Shown: piece after piece, positions 55,729 to 64,000 of the stretch | How the letters are laid out: each line of letters opens with the position of its first letter | Numbering within the stretch: position 1 is the first letter of the stretch | From: Deltaproteobacteria bacterium | GTDB lineage: Bacteria > Bdellovibrionota_B > Oligoflexia > Oligoflexales > Bog-1112 | Direction: 5' to 3' | DNA length: 64,000 nucleotides | Assembly: GCA_016186945.1 (NCBI GenBank) | Contig: JACPKR010000004.1 | Span: 4,246 to 68,245 of the forward strand | Made by a program: the position numbers and the translations under genes | Notes under the pieces: generated by a model | Database searches by the model: none | What the model was told of the DNA's origin: nothing | The model's input: only the letters and a program-made list of their open reading frames with translations

Positions 55729-56295
55729 ATGAGCCAATCGCAAAGCAAAACTTGGGAGTCATGGTCGGCGATAGTGCTGACTTTAATCGCTGATGTCGAG
55801 CAACTGATGGCAGCATTCAAAGTGCTTCCTGACAACATTCAAAAGGAGCATGCCGCTGCACTGTCACGAGATATTGAGGCTCTGGAACATGTGGGACAGG
55901 AGAAGCAAAAGATCGCCTCTCAAATTAAGCAGGCTTATGCGAAGTTGGGAGATAGCATCCGTGCCTCGTTTGGAGGCGAGCTTAGGAACCTGTCAGACTG
56001 TTTGAAAGCCGTCGCTAAGGAAGCGTCCGTTCTGAACACACTTCAGCCGAAAAATGACAACTATCAGAAGCTTCTCCAAAGGTTTGAAACAAAAGTTCAC
56101 AGGATGGTGGCCCTATCCCAAGAAGTCCGTCCGCACATGGAACGCAACAAGCTTGTCCTCGACAGACTTCTCAGCTTCCAGAGGCAGAGCCTGCAATTCT
56201 GGACTGATCTTGTGCGTGAACGCTCTTCCTTCTATGGGGCGAAGGGCAAAAAAGTCTCCGTCGACACGGCGATCCAACTTAACGTTGAGGTCTAA
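55729..56295 (+). CDS. FlgN-like flagellar export chaperone (assigned mainly by position)
   Basis: A 188-aa helical protein between flgM and flgK, with an ATGA-type overlap with flgK. Confidence 0.45.
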   Translation: MSQSQSKTWESWSAIVLTLIADVEQLMAAFKVLPDNIQKEHAAALSRDIEALEHVGQEKQKIASQIKQAYAKLGDSIRASFGGELRNLSDCLKAVAKEASVLNTLQPKNDNYQKLLQRFETKVHRMVALSQEVRPHMERNKLVLDRLLSFQRQSLQFWTDLVRERSSFYGAKGKKVSVDTAIQLNVEV

Positions 56296-57710
56296 TGAGC
56301 GGGCTTAACCAAACTCTAAACATCAGCGATCAGTCCCTCTTTGCATCACGTCAGGGAATTGACACAACCGCTCACAATATTGCAAACGCACAGACAGAAG
56401 GATATTCCCGCCAGGCTGTGAAAATTAACGCGCGCGACCCTATTCTGAAACAGGGCCTGCTTGTGGGAAGTGGAGCCTATGTTGCCTCCATAGGCAGAGC
56501 GCATGATCGCTTTATCGAAAGGCAGGTAAATGGGGCTGGCTCTGCCCATGGCGAGAGCGAGGGAAAATACAATGCCTATGTAGAACTTGAGGGTCTTTTT
56601 AGTCCGGAGCTTGCCACGAATCTGTCGCAGCAGCTTGATCACTTTTTCGATGCCCTACAAAGCCTTTCTGGTCAGCCTGAAGAGATGACCGTGAGGACTG
56701 CCGTGAAGGAACGAGGTGAAAGCCTGGCTCAGTCATTCAATGAAATGGACCGCAGTTTGAAAACCTTTCGGGACAATTCCAATGAAAAATTGCGAGCCTC
56801 GGTCGACAGACTCAACGAGCTTCTGGAGAATATAGCTGGGTTGAACCTCAAAATTCAAGAAACGGAATATGGCGAGCAACGTATATCAAACGATTTGAGA
56901 GATCAGCGCGACAGGCTCGTCCGGGACCTCAGTCAGTATATGGACGTCAATTACTATCATGATCAGTTCGGAATGCTCACACTTCGTGGGGCAGGGAGCA
57001 CGCTTCTGGTAGAAAGGGGGTACGCTTCGCAATTCCGAACACGGCGCAATGACCAAGGCATGTATGACCTTGTCGTCACGGACGCCGACGGGAACATGGC
57101 TCAGGACGTCAGCCGCAAAATCGCAAGTGGTTCACTGAAAGCGATCATCGACACCCGGGATCATACGATCGGGAAACTTTTGGCACAGAACAACGACCTT
57201 GCCTTTAATTTTGCCAAGGAAGTGAACCGAGTCCATAAGGAAGGTTTTGGAATTGGCGAGTTCAGCGCGGCAAATAGTAGGAATTTTTTTGAAGAACTGA
57301 AGGATGTTCATAACGCTGCGCAAAATATCAAAATAGAGTCGACTATCCAGAATTCTGTCAACGCAATTGCTGCTGCGAGTACGCCGGAAGCAGTCGGTGA
57401 CAACGTGAATATAAACAAGCTGCTGGATTTGCGTAACCATCGTTTCCTCGCCAACGGAACAGCAACATTTCACGAATATTTTGCGAATAATGTCGGGGAT
57501 CTGGGGACGGAGGCGAAGCGAGCGATGCATAGTATGGAAGCCGACCGGATTCTATTCGACGATGTTACGGGGCGCAGGGAAAGTGTAGCAGGGGTGTCCA
57601 TGGATGAGGAAGCCAGCAATATGATTCGATGGCAGGCAGCTTTCACAGCATCGTCCAAGCTGATTACAACCATAGATGAGATGTTCCAAACAGTTCTTTC
57701 CTTAAAATAG
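56295..57710 (+). CDS. flgK: Flagellar hook-associated protein 1 FlgK
   Basis: MSGLNQTLNISDQSLFASRQGIDTTAHNIANAQTEGYSRQ ... the C-terminal GVSMDEEASNMIRWQAAFTASSKLI. Confidence 0.93.
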   Translation: MSGLNQTLNISDQSLFASRQGIDTTAHNIANAQTEGYSRQAVKINARDPILKQGLLVGSGAYVASIGRAHDRFIERQVNGAGSAHGESEGKYNAYVELEGLFSPELATNLSQQLDHFFDALQSLSGQPEEMTVRTAVKERGESLAQSFNEMDRSLKTFRDNSNEKLRASVDRLNELLENIAGLNLKIQETEYGEQRISNDLRDQRDRLVRDLSQYMDVNYYHDQFGMLTLRGAGSTLLVERGYASQFRTRRNDQGMYDLVVTDADGNMAQDVSRKIASGSLKAIIDTRDHTIGKLLAQNNDLAFNFAKEVNRVHKEGFGIGEFSAANSRNFFEELKDVHNAAQNIKIESTIQNSVNAIAAASTPEAVGDNVNINKLLDLRNHRFLANGTATFHEYFANNVGDLGTEAKRAMHSMEADRILFDDVTGRRESVAGVSMDEEASNMIRWQAAFTASSKLITTIDEMFQTVLSLK

Positions 57711-57724
57711 CATAGGAACATTTA

Positions 57725-58624
57725 GTGAGAGTTTCCGACAGACATCGTTTCCTTATCTCCACGAATCGGATTGAAGATGCCAAGGAGCAGAACGCCAAGG
57801 TGTTGAAGCAGTTCTCGTCACAGCGGCGTATCAACTTACCCCACGATGACCCGGTAGGAGCCTCTCAGGCTCTCAAACACACGAATCGCCTTGCAGACTT
57901 GCAGAGTCTTCATAATAACCTGCAATTTAGCAAAGGCTTTCTCTCAGTAACGGAGAGCGCTCTGTCGACGATCCAGGAAAATTTGAATCGAGCGAAAGAA
58001 CTTTCAATTGGTATGGCCAGCGATACTTTCGGGCCGGATGCGCGTGCATCCACTGCCAAAGAGATAGGGGAAATTGTTAACAGTATCATTCAGATGGGCA
58101 ACTCGCGTTTCGGAGCGAAATATGTTTTCTCCGGCTTTCGCACGAGTGCGCCGGCGTTTGATCGTGACGGAGTTTTTTTAGGCGATGACGGGGAGATTTT
58201 TCTCCAAACAGGAGAGGGAAAATCTCAGCGGATAAACTTTTCGGGACGGGAACTTTTCGAAGCTTCCGCGGGCGGACGGTCGGAAGATACTACGCAGATG
58301 ATTGACAGCCTCTTGATTCTTAAGCGAGGGATGGAGGAGAATAACAAAGAAACCATCCAGCAGAGCTTGGAGAGGATAGACCGGTTCATAGATAAGGCAG
58401 CTAGCATGCAAGCTAGTGTCGGGGCCATTACCAACACTTTGAGTGAAGCGGAAAAGCAGCTCGGTCTGAAGGAAGACCTTGAAAAAGAACAGCTTGCCGT
58501 CATCGAGGATGTGGACATGTTCTCAGCTTCCTCCGATTTCAAGCGCAGTGAACAGGTTCTGCAAAGCGTGTTATTGACATCGAGTAAAATGCTGCAGCCG
58601 TCGCTTTTTAACTTTCTGCAGTGA
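57725..58624 (+). CDS. flgL: Flagellar hook-associated protein 3 FlgL
   Basis: GTG start. MRVSDRHRF...QFSSQRRINLPHDDPVGA (flagellin-N-like) and a C-terminal flagellin-like helix. It follows flgK. Confidence 0.88.
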   Translation: MRVSDRHRFLISTNRIEDAKEQNAKVLKQFSSQRRINLPHDDPVGASQALKHTNRLADLQSLHNNLQFSKGFLSVTESALSTIQENLNRAKELSIGMASDTFGPDARASTAKEIGEIVNSIIQMGNSRFGAKYVFSGFRTSAPAFDRDGVFLGDDGEIFLQTGEGKSQRINFSGRELFEASAGGRSEDTTQMIDSLLILKRGMEENNKETIQQSLERIDRFIDKAASMQASVGAITNTLSEAEKQLGLKEDLEKEQLAVIEDVDMFSASSDFKRSEQVLQSVLLTSSKMLQPSLFNFLQ

Positions 58625-58660
58625 ATTTCACTGAGACCACTTTTACCCAGGGAGGGGTAG

Positions 58661-58945
58661 GTGCTTGTTCTAACACGGAAACTAGGTGAAGGAATCGCGA
58701 TTGGTGACGACATCAAAATCATCGTCATGCAGATCAAGGGAAAACAGGTCAGACTCGGGATTAAAGCTAACCCGAACACGATCGTTCATAGAGAAGAAGT
58801 TTACCGTAGGATTCAAGATGAGAACCGAGTTGCGTCGCAAATGAGTCGAGAAGCGATAGGAGAAGCGGCTGCGTTGATGGGAATCAGACGGACGGAAAAG
58901 AGCAATCTGCGGCTAAAGAAACGATTTCATGGAAAAAAAGACTGA
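58661..58945 (+). CDS. csrA: Carbon storage regulator CsrA (long C-terminal tail, 94 aa)
   Basis: GTG start. MLVLTRKLGEGIAIGDDIKIIVMQIKGKQVRLGIKANPNTIVHREEVY. Confidence 0.95.
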   Translation: MLVLTRKLGEGIAIGDDIKIIVMQIKGKQVRLGIKANPNTIVHREEVYRRIQDENRVASQMSREAIGEAAALMGIRRTEKSNLRLKKRFHGKKD

Positions 58946-59074
58946 TTTTTGGTTATACGTTCAATACACGGGAAATTTGCGGAACCCCTAAGTCTTGCGA
59001 TAGAATAGAAAATGTAGACCAATCGTCATGAATCAAGTTTCGAGCTCCCACGCAACAAAAAGGGAGGAGTCGCT

Positions 59075-59611
59075 TTGATAAAGGTTAGCACAGTAAGGTT
59101 TGGAGCCATCGAGGTAAACGAGGAAGATGTAATAGAACTTCCTCATGGGTTGATTGGATTTCCGGAGCTGAAAAAATTTATCTTGCTGGATCATGACAAA
59201 GAATCCCCTTTCAAATGGTTTCAATCACTTGACGACGGGGCGATCGCTTTTGTCATCATCAACCCACTGCTCTTCAAACCCGACTACTTCGTCGAAGTTA
59301 CAGAAGCAGAAGTCAGCGACCTCGAGTTGAAGGATGAAAAAGACGCCGTCGTGTCGGTCATCATCACCATTCCGTCTGATCCCAACAACATGACCGCAAA
59401 TCTGAAAGCACCTTTGATCTTCAACCTCAACAATCGCCTTGGTAAGCAAATTATCCTCAATAACGGAGAATTCACAACGCGACACAACGTTATGGAAGAG
59501 ATGAAGAAACATAGCTCCGTAAGCGAAGCACAAAAAGTGCAAGAGGTGGTTGAAACAGCAAAGAATGTGAATCGCAAGCAAGCAAAAGGAAAACCTGCTA
59601 CATCTATTTAA
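59075..59611 (+). CDS. fliW: Flagellar assembly factor FliW (CsrA antagonist)
   Basis: TTG start after AGGGAGGAG. VRFGAIEVNEEDVIELPHGLIGFPELKKFILLD...FKWFQSLDD...ANLKAPLIFN. Confidence 0.9.
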   Translation: MIKVSTVRFGAIEVNEEDVIELPHGLIGFPELKKFILLDHDKESPFKWFQSLDDGAIAFVIINPLLFKPDYFVEVTEAEVSDLELKDEKDAVVSVIITIPSDPNNMTANLKAPLIFNLNNRLGKQIILNNGEFTTRHNVMEEMKKHSSVSEAQKVQEVVETAKNVNRKQAKGKPATSI

Positions 59612-60503
59612 GCGCTTTCCCTGTACTCCAGTCGACTGGGAATCCTACTTCCTCTGCTACCCAATCGTAATACAAATTCATAACGGCGCGACAGACACTT
59701 CCTTCCTCTGCGGATTTGAAGGAAAGATCGTCGATTTGTCGTACAGGGTAGATTCCTCGAACAGTCGAACTTATGAAGGCCTCCTCATAAGCTTTCAGTT
59801 GGTCTTTCATGATGACTGACTTGTGGGGATGAAAACCACCCTTGTTTAAAAGACCTATGATAAGATCCCTAGTCGTCCCTCGCAAAAGCCCGGAGTGCAA
59901 TTTAGGAGTATCGACGAAAACCTTATCACCTTCCCTGCGGACGAAGAAAATATTGGCTGTCGAAACTTCCGTCACTTCACCAGACGGATTGACCCACAAA
60001 ATGTCGCTGAACCCCTTCTTAGCAGCCTCCTTCATGGCGACTATAGCAGGAAGGTAAAAACTTGCTTTGACCCTTGGGCCTCTTGCCGAGTGGGAAGACG
60101 ACACGGTTTGTAGGCTCACCCCTTCTCGTAGATGCGAAGCAGGGATACGTCGGGCCGGGAGAGCAAAAATGACCTTATTGCAAGGCACGTCAGCTGGTAA
60201 AAGCGGGAGACCCTCTCCTCGCGTGACAATGAGGCGAAGGTAGAGCTTCGGCGCATCGACCTCGTTCGCTAGAGATTGAAGTTCATCCAGCAAGTCCTCC
60301 TCAGTCCATGGGAGACTTAGACCAATTTGCTCTGCGGAATATGCGAGTCGCTTCATGTGTCGGGAAGCCTTGATAATTTTCCCATGGAAGCACGTCAGAA
60401 CCTCAAACACTGAGTCTCCGAATAGAAACCCTCTGTCGAATACGGAAATCTTTGCGTCCTCAAGCTTGCAAACATTCCCATTGATCGAAACCAGGCCTTT
60501 CAT
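59604..60503 (-). CDS. Class IV (fold type IV) PLP aminotransferase, IlvE/Dat/PabC family
   Basis: The start is taken at MKGLVSINGNVCKLEDAKISVFDRGFLFGDSVFEVL (ATG 60503, GGGAGG upstream). It also has RLIVTRGEG. The longer ORF-track version to 60719 overlaps rimO and is rejected. Confidence 0.8.
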   Translation of the reverse strand: MKGLVSINGNVCKLEDAKISVFDRGFLFGDSVFEVLTCFHGKIIKASRHMKRLAYSAEQIGLSLPWTEEDLLDELQSLANEVDAPKLYLRLIVTRGEGLPLLPADVPCNKVIFALPARRIPASHLREGVSLQTVSSSHSARGPRVKASFYLPAIVAMKEAAKKGFSDILWVNPSGEVTEVSTANIFFVRREGDKVFVDTPKLHSGLLRGTTRDLIIGLLNKGGFHPHKSVIMKDQLKAYEEAFISSTVRGIYPVRQIDDLSFKSAEEGSVCRAVMNLYYDWVAEEVGFPVDWSTGKALK

Positions 60504-60549
60504 GTAAGACCTCCCTTTCCCTTCAATTCTTTGGACAGGTGCTTTTACT

Positions 60550-61902
60550 ATGAAACCAGCCCGGACACTGCAAAAAAAAGTGCATCTCGTTTCCCTCGGT
60601 TGCGCACGTAATCTCGTCGATTCCGAGGTAATGCTAGGCTCCCTTTTTAAGAATGGCTGGAAACATACGGCAGAACCGGGATCAGCCGATGCTGTGATTA
60701 TTAACACCTGCGGCTTCATTCAGTCAGCGAAAGAAGAGAGTATCGACACTATTTTGTCGATGGCAGAACTTAAAAAAACAAAGCCGGACATGAAGCTTGT
60801 CGTGACCGGATGCCTGTCGCAGCGGTATAAAAAACAACTCGCGACGGGCCTTCCGGAGGTCGATTTCTTCCTCGGCACGGACCAGTTCACAGATATTGAC
60901 ACCTATCTTTTTTCCCCGCCCGAAAAAGGGACGGTCATCGCGAAACGGACGCACGCTCTCTACAACGAAGAATTAGCGCGCGTGAACACCTTGTCCCCCT
61001 TTTCGGCCTACGTAAAAGTTGCGGAAGGCTGCCAACACAACTGTTCCTTCTGCATTATCCCCGCCATCCGCGGGCGCCTCCGTTCGCGGACGATTTCCAG
61101 CGTTGTGAAGGAAGTCACCGACCTGGTCAATCAGGGGGTTAAGGAAGTCGTCCTCATTGCCCAAGACTTGGCCGCATTCGGACGCGATCGAGACAAGGAT
61201 GAACTTGTCGAGCTTTTGAAGGCTCTCGCAGCAGTCGATGGTCTGCAATGGATTCGCCAGCTTTATATGTACCCGGAAAATATAAGCGATGAGCTTCTCG
61301 ACCTCATGGCAGGCGAACAAAAAATCGTCAAATACCTGGATGTCCCTGTTCAACATGCCAGCGATAAGATTCTTAAGAAGATGAACCGGATCTTGTCACG
61401 TGAAGAGATGACAAACGTTTTCAGAAGGGTTAGGCAAAAAGTGCCAGAGATTGCGATTCGCACAACGATCATGGTCGGCTTCCCGGGTGAAAGTGATGAA
61501 GACTTCGCGCTTTTGCGTGACTTCGTAAAAGAGATGCGTTTTGAGCACCTGGGTTGCTTCTCCTATTCTCAGGAAGAAGGGACCGTGGCGGGACGCATGC
61601 AGGAGCAAGTTCCTGACGAGATCAAGGAAGCCAGACTTGCAGAAATTATGGAAGTTCAGCAAAAAATTTCCAGGGAGAAGCTTCAAACCCACGTAGGAAA
61701 AACTTACCCTGTTCTTATCACGGGAACTGATCCGGAAAACGAAGCTCGCCTGCTTGGTCGCCTGGCGACCCAGGCCCCGGACGTCGACGGACTCGTCTAT
61801 ATTGAGGATGGAGACGCGCTTATCTCGGGTGATGTCGTTCCTGTTCGTATTACCGAAGCTTTTGAATATGATCTCAAGGGACAGGCAAGGAAGGGAGTTT
61901 GA
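60550..61902 (+). CDS. rimO: Ribosomal protein S12 methylthiotransferase RimO
   Basis: N-terminal VHLVSLGCARNLVDSEVMLG, radical-SAM CQHNCSFCIIP, and a C-terminal TRAM domain. Confidence 0.88.
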   Translation: MKPARTLQKKVHLVSLGCARNLVDSEVMLGSLFKNGWKHTAEPGSADAVIINTCGFIQSAKEESIDTILSMAELKKTKPDMKLVVTGCLSQRYKKQLATGLPEVDFFLGTDQFTDIDTYLFSPPEKGTVIAKRTHALYNEELARVNTLSPFSAYVKVAEGCQHNCSFCIIPAIRGRLRSRTISSVVKEVTDLVNQGVKEVVLIAQDLAAFGRDRDKDELVELLKALAAVDGLQWIRQLYMYPENISDELLDLMAGEQKIVKYLDVPVQHASDKILKKMNRILSREEMTNVFRRVRQKVPEIAIRTTIMVGFPGESDEDFALLRDFVKEMRFEHLGCFSYSQEEGTVAGRMQEQVPDEIKEARLAEIMEVQQKISREKLQTHVGKTYPVLITGTDPENEARLLGRLATQAPDVDGLVYIEDGDALISGDVVPVRITEAFEYDLKGQARKGV

Positions 61903-61931
61903 GGGAAAACTGCGCAGCTGGTTTCCCTCAA
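61899..61931 (-). repeat. Family A hairpin-only variant with a covarying stem, overlapping the rimO stop codon; possible bidirectional terminator between convergent genes
   Basis: TTGAGGGAAA-actgcgcagctgg-TTTCCCTCAA is a perfect 10-bp stem. The loop is the exact reverse complement of the canonical loop ccagctgcgcagt. Confidence 0.8.
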
Positions 61932-61944
61932 GAAAGTCTTTAAA

Positions 61945-62358
61945 TTAAAATTTGGCAATCAACCAATTAGCCTGGACGGAGTCCAAGCGGCGGTCGTTGA
62001 ACACAGGAGAAATAATAAGAGAGCGATCCTTTGGCGGCCCCTCATAACCCCGTGCTGGGGAGGAGGAACCAATCTGAGTCCTTCCCGTAAACATGGGGAA
62101 AAACACAATATAAGTGCCCAGGACGCTTCCTCCAATGAACCCAAGGGAAGCGCCCACAGCGATGTATCGCATCTTCCCTGAGGGGTTACTGGAAAGACCC
62201 AGGAAAGCAGCTCCGAGCGCAGCCCCAAACGCTGTCGAATAACCAGCCGTGATGAATAAGTCCTGGAAGCGCTGCTCGGTCTTGATCTCCTGGGCGGAAG
62301 ACAGCCTGGAAGAAATCAAAAAACCAAACAATATTAAGATGTTTAGGATTAACTTCAT
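61945..62358 (-). CDS. Small secreted/membrane protein with a glycine-zipper segment
   Basis: The start is taken at MKLILNILILFGFLISSRLSSAQE (signal-like). The Gly-rich hydrophobic core is AFGAALGAAFLGL...AVGASLGFIGGSVLG, and the C-terminus is a Phe. I recognised no family. Confidence 0.5.
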   Translation of the reverse strand: MKLILNILILFGFLISSRLSSAQEIKTEQRFQDLFITAGYSTAFGAALGAAFLGLSSNPSGKMRYIAVGASLGFIGGSVLGTYIVFFPMFTGRTQIGSSSPARGYEGPPKDRSLIISPVFNDRRLDSVQANWLIAKF

Positions 62359-62517
62359 AGGCCAACTAATTTTTTCTAGTTTTTTTCTAGTGGGGTACCT
62401 AAATTTATTATAACGTTGTTTGGCATTCAGGGGCAAATCGCCGGTGTGCGAACCTGAGCCGTGGCAAAATGTTCTTGATATTTGACAAGACAAGAAGTAA
62501 TAAACTTAACGCCGCGT

Positions 62518-62547
62518 TGACAGCCCATGATCAAGCAAAGTAGCATG
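62518..62547 (+). promoter_or_regulatory. Candidate sigma70-type promoter of rho
   Basis: TTGACA (62518-62523), an 18-nt spacer, then TAGCAT (62542-62547). It would give a ~125-nt leader. Confidence 0.45.
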
Positions 62548-62677
62548 AATGGCAACGCATCAGGAAACTGACCTAAGTTAAATTAATTCAGCAACAACTA
62601 TAAGTTAACAATCTTGGATAATTGGATCCTTCATTGTTTTACCTTTAACAATCAACCTACCAAAGTGAGCAAACCTT

Positions 62678-63979
62678 ATGGCCAAAGAAGCCAACCAACG
62701 ATCTCTTAGCGAAGAAAACACACCCGAAGTCATCAATTTAAATGAAGTCAAACTCCGTCGAATCTCCGATCTTACCCAAATGGCGAAAGGTTTTGGGATC
62801 ATCGGTGCGGGTTCCATGCGTAAACAGGAGCTGATTTTCTCCCTCCTGCAGGCACAGTCCGAAAAAGGGGGTGTCATCTACGGCTCAGGTGTTCTCGAAA
62901 CACTACCGGATGGCTTCGGTTTTCTAAGAGCCCCTGACTATAATTACTTACCCGGTCCGGATGACATTTATGTGTCTCCTTCGCAGATCAGACGCTTCAA
63001 TCTTCGCACAGGGGATACTGTCGAAGGTCAGATTCGCCCTCCTAAAGATAGTGAACGCTACTTTGCGTTACTCAAGGTTGAAAAAGTAAATAACGAGACC
63101 ACGGAAAAAGAGATCGACAAAATTATTTTCGACAACCTGACTCCTCTTTATCCGATGGAGAAGTTTAGCCTGGAATTTGATCAGAAGATTTACTCTACAC
63201 GCATTATTGACATGCTGGTTCCCATCGGGAAAGGTCAGCGTTCTCTAATCGTAGCTCCTCCCCGTACCGGTAAGACCGTCTTGTTGCAACAAATTGCGGC
63301 ATCAATCGAAAAAAATCACCCGGAAGCCGTTCTCATCGTTCTCCTTATCGACGAGCGGCCTGAGGAAGTGACCGACATGGAACGTTCGGTGAAGGGTGAA
63401 GTGATCAGCTCGACATTCGACGAGCCTGCACAACGACACGTTCAAGTTGCCGAGATGGTGATCGAGAAAGCCAAGAGGCTTGTGGAACACAAGAAGGACG
63501 TCGTTATCCTCCTCGACTCTATCACTCGATTAGCCCGAGCTTACAACGCGGTTGTGCCCCCCTCCGGTAAAATCCTCTCCGGTGGTGTCGACTCCAATGC
63601 TCTCCATAAACCAAAGCGATTCTTCGGTGCCGCTCGTAATGTCGAAGAAGGAGGCTCACTCACTATCATCGCAACGGCCTTGATTGATACAGGTTCCAGG
63701 ATGGACGAAGTTATCTTCGAAGAATTCAAGGGAACGGGTAACATGGAACTTCACCTCGACCGTAAGCTCGTTGAGAAGCGCATCTTCCCGGCCATTGATC
63801 TTAACAAGTCAGGAACACGTAAAGAAGAGTTGCTCCTGCCGAAGGATGTTCTTAATCGTATGTGGATCCTTCGTAAACTTCTTCAACCACTGAACCCCGT
63901 TGATTCTATGGACTTCTTGCTAAGTAAATTGGATAAGTTCGAGACGAACTCGGATTTTATCGTTTCCATGAATGGTTAA
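62678..63979 (+). CDS. rho: Transcription termination factor Rho
   Basis: N-terminal [16 protein letters not shown]..., RNA-binding [14 protein letters not shown], Walker A APPRTGKT, and the Q/R loops. Confidence 0.98.
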   Translation: MAKEANQRSLSEENTPEVINLNEVKLRRISDLTQMAKGFGIIGAGSMRKQELIFSLLQAQSEKGGVIYGSGVLETLPDGFGFLRAPDYNYLPGPDDIYVSPSQIRRFNLRTGDTVEGQIRPPKDSERYFALLKVEKVNNETTEKEIDKIIFDNLTPLYPMEKFSLEFDQKIYSTRIIDMLVPIGKGQRSLIVAPPRTGKTVLLQQIAASIEKNHPEAVLIVLLIDERPEEVTDMERSVKGEVISSTFDEPAQRHVQVAEMVIEKAKRLVEHKKDVVILLDSITRLARAYNAVVPPSGKILSGGVDSNALHKPKRFFGAARNVEEGGSLTIIATALIDTGSRMDEVIFEEFKGTGNMELHLDRKLVEKRIFPAIDLNKSGTRKEELLLPKDVLNRMWILRKLLQPLNPVDSMDFLLSKLDKFETNSDFIVSMNG

Positions 63980-64000
63980 AACAAGGATTGGATTATGAAA

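Noticed and set aside
59604-60719. A 371-aa version of the aminotransferase ORF, extending 216 nt upstream and overlapping the rimO 5' end
   Set aside because: The extension (MKPQVLIITASADPGS...) has no family similarity and lies antisense to the conserved rimO N-terminus. The internal ATG at 60503 has a GGGAGG SD and gives the canonical class IV N-terminus.
62370-62391. A perfect tandem duplication of an 11-mer (ttttttctagt x2) just upstream of the small glycine-zipper gene
   Set aside because: It has only two units, is AT-rich, and has no recognisable operator or SD relationship. It is most likely a simple slippage duplication.

Overview
This 64-kb chromosomal window comes from a flagellated Gram-negative bacterium. 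Gene content looks deltaproteobacterial or Bdellovibrionota-like, but I cannot verify lineage without a search. Most of the window is conserved core.

Core gene blocks:
- (i) A translation/transcription block at about 13.6-30.4 kb: tRNA-Thr(TGT), tRNA-Tyr, tRNA-Gly, tRNA-Thr(GGT), tuf, tRNA-Trp, secE, nusG, rplKAJL, rpoB, rpoC, rpsL, rpsG, fusA.
- (ii) ftsY, an HU-like gene, two ABC permeases, orn, and a cell-envelope neighbourhood (DsbA-like, PilZ, DUF1343/NamZ-like, TPR, S41 protease, GT-TPR).
- (iii) dut-pnp-rpsO on the minus strand.
- (iv) A flagellar cluster at 50.4-59.6 kb: flgF, flgG, flgA, flgH, flgI, a flgJ-like gene, flgM, a flgN-like gene, flgK, flgL, csrA, fliW.
- (v) A class IV aminotransferase, rimO and rho.
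- The left 13.5 kb carries two sensory modules: a lipoprotein / OM-barrel / PhnD-type binding protein / kinase / REC operon, and a secreted protein / NtrY-like / NtrX-like / DUF4388 unit. It also carries tadA and a Xer-like gene that appears to lack the catalytic tyrosine.

I found no rRNA, CRISPR array, IS element, prophage or recognisable defence genes.

The most unusual content is non-coding and falls into two interspersed repeat families:
- Family A is modular and MITE/REP-like, with 9 copies or fragments. Eight sit on or within 7 nt of stop codons. It carries an SD/anti-SD-like hairpin with a conserved 13-nt loop and a covarying stem, plus an exact CACCTCCTT anti-SD mimic. Copies bracket a GT-TPR gene in inverted orientation, extend the dut ORF by about 85 codons, and occupy the flgG/flgA junction.
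- Family B is AT-rich and palindromic, with 4 copies. All four sit in 5' regulatory regions.

A further notable feature is an out-of-frame T9/T7 homopolymer at the 5' end of the porin-like gene. All family assignments come from reading translations and remembered motifs. No database search was run.
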